DNA of 64,000 bases from Octopus bimaculoides (taxonomy: Eukaryota): the NCBI RefSeq assembly GCF_001194135.2, contig NC_068987.1:87746630-87810629 (forward strand), in the 5' to 3' direction. The notes below the pieces were generated by a model that was given only the letters and a program-made list of their open reading frames with translations, did no database searches and had not been told where the DNA came from. Position numbers and translations under genes: made by a program. Positions 63,294 through 64,000 of the stretch are shown here, piece by piece; the first letter of the stretch is position 1; each line of letters starts with the position of its first letter.

Positions 63294-63840
63294 GAAAAAA
63301 ATAAAGATATGTGCATCTACAAATAGAATCACTTATACAGCTTTATACAACAACACACACACACATAACATAAATACACTCATCTGCTCAGGTCATTTTG
63401 CTCAGTAAAAAATTTAGCTTAAGCACTACCATCATATTTGATGGTACGTAAGATGCACCCCCCACCCCACCCCAACGGTTCAAAAACATCACTTCAGGTC
63501 CTTTATACGAAGTTGGGCTTCCCAGAAGCTTTTAAGGCCCTGAAACCTTTTTAGCTTGAATATGCATTGCTGTAATCAGAATTTGTCTAATATGTCTGTG
63601 TGTCCCTTATGTTATCAAATATGGTTTATTGTTTTCAGTCTAGACTTTCTAACATCAATTCAAACTGTGATTCTGTGTCTTCAATGGTTGGTCCTTTGGA
63701 TGATGATGATGATGTTATTGTTGTTGTTGTTGAGGGTGTGGATCCAAGGATTTGAGGAACCTAAACATTGAGAAACAAAAGAAAATTAAATTAAATGGGT
63801 GAAGTAGAATTATAATTTTTCAAAATGTTCACAAACAGCA

Positions 63841-64000
63841 GAGAAGTGGCTGTGTGGTAAGTAGCTTGATTATGAACCACATGGTTCCGGGTTCAGTCCC
63901 ACTGTGTGGCACCTTGGGCAAGTGTCTTCTACTATAGCCTCGGACCGACCACAACCTTGTGAGTGGATCTGGTAGACAGAAACTGAAAGAAGCCCGTCAT
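63841..64000 (+). mobile_element. SINE family A, 5' part (runs off the window)
   Basis: Near-consensus head. Confidence 0.8.

Noticed and set aside
1-64000. Most ORF-track entries (poly-HT, poly-VC, poly-YI, poly-V/T/N and X-filled ORFs)
   Set aside because: They are translations of microsatellites, SINE bodies or N gaps, with no splice-consistent homology.

Overview
This is repeat-rich animal genomic DNA with several N gaps. I infer an octopus from the dense tRNA-headed SINE families and microsatellites. The only host coding sequence I can support is the 5' end of a minus-strand PLEKHA5/6/7-like gene. It has three small exons (44267-44179, 35793-35717, 24566-24509), joined by canonical AG/GT sites in matching phases. 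They encode tandem WW domains: MMATASELIEPLPQNWTYGVTADGRIFYIDDLHETTSWVHPATNKSAKSGLLYDPDLPSGWEWSITPEGVVYYV(D/E). I found no exon 4 in the remaining 24.5 kb. A YY1/E-box/E2F-type promoter with a candidate non-coding first exon lies near 52.2 kb, and a second promoter-like cluster lies near 34.9 kb. The rest is mostly mobile DNA: at least five SINE-like families, MITEs (piggyBac-type, hAT, mariner), and decayed hAT, pogo, HERO-like and RTE coding relics. The most interesting signal is a tRNA-headed short element whose tail contains a minimal type-I hammerhead ribozyme of the Penelope type. It occurs as a head-to-head fold-back pair at all three loci seen. Other hammerhead-like folds occur in unrelated repeats. 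Further oddities are a TTAA-bounded MITE tetramer inserted as one unit, a 126-bp near-perfect inverted duplication in intron 2, and a sharp SINE-poor, CpG-retaining domain (about 35-52.5 kb) bounded by the two promoter-like clusters. Almost all entries in the ORF track are microsatellite or repeat artefacts. All assignments were made by eye without database searches, and repeat boundaries are approximate.
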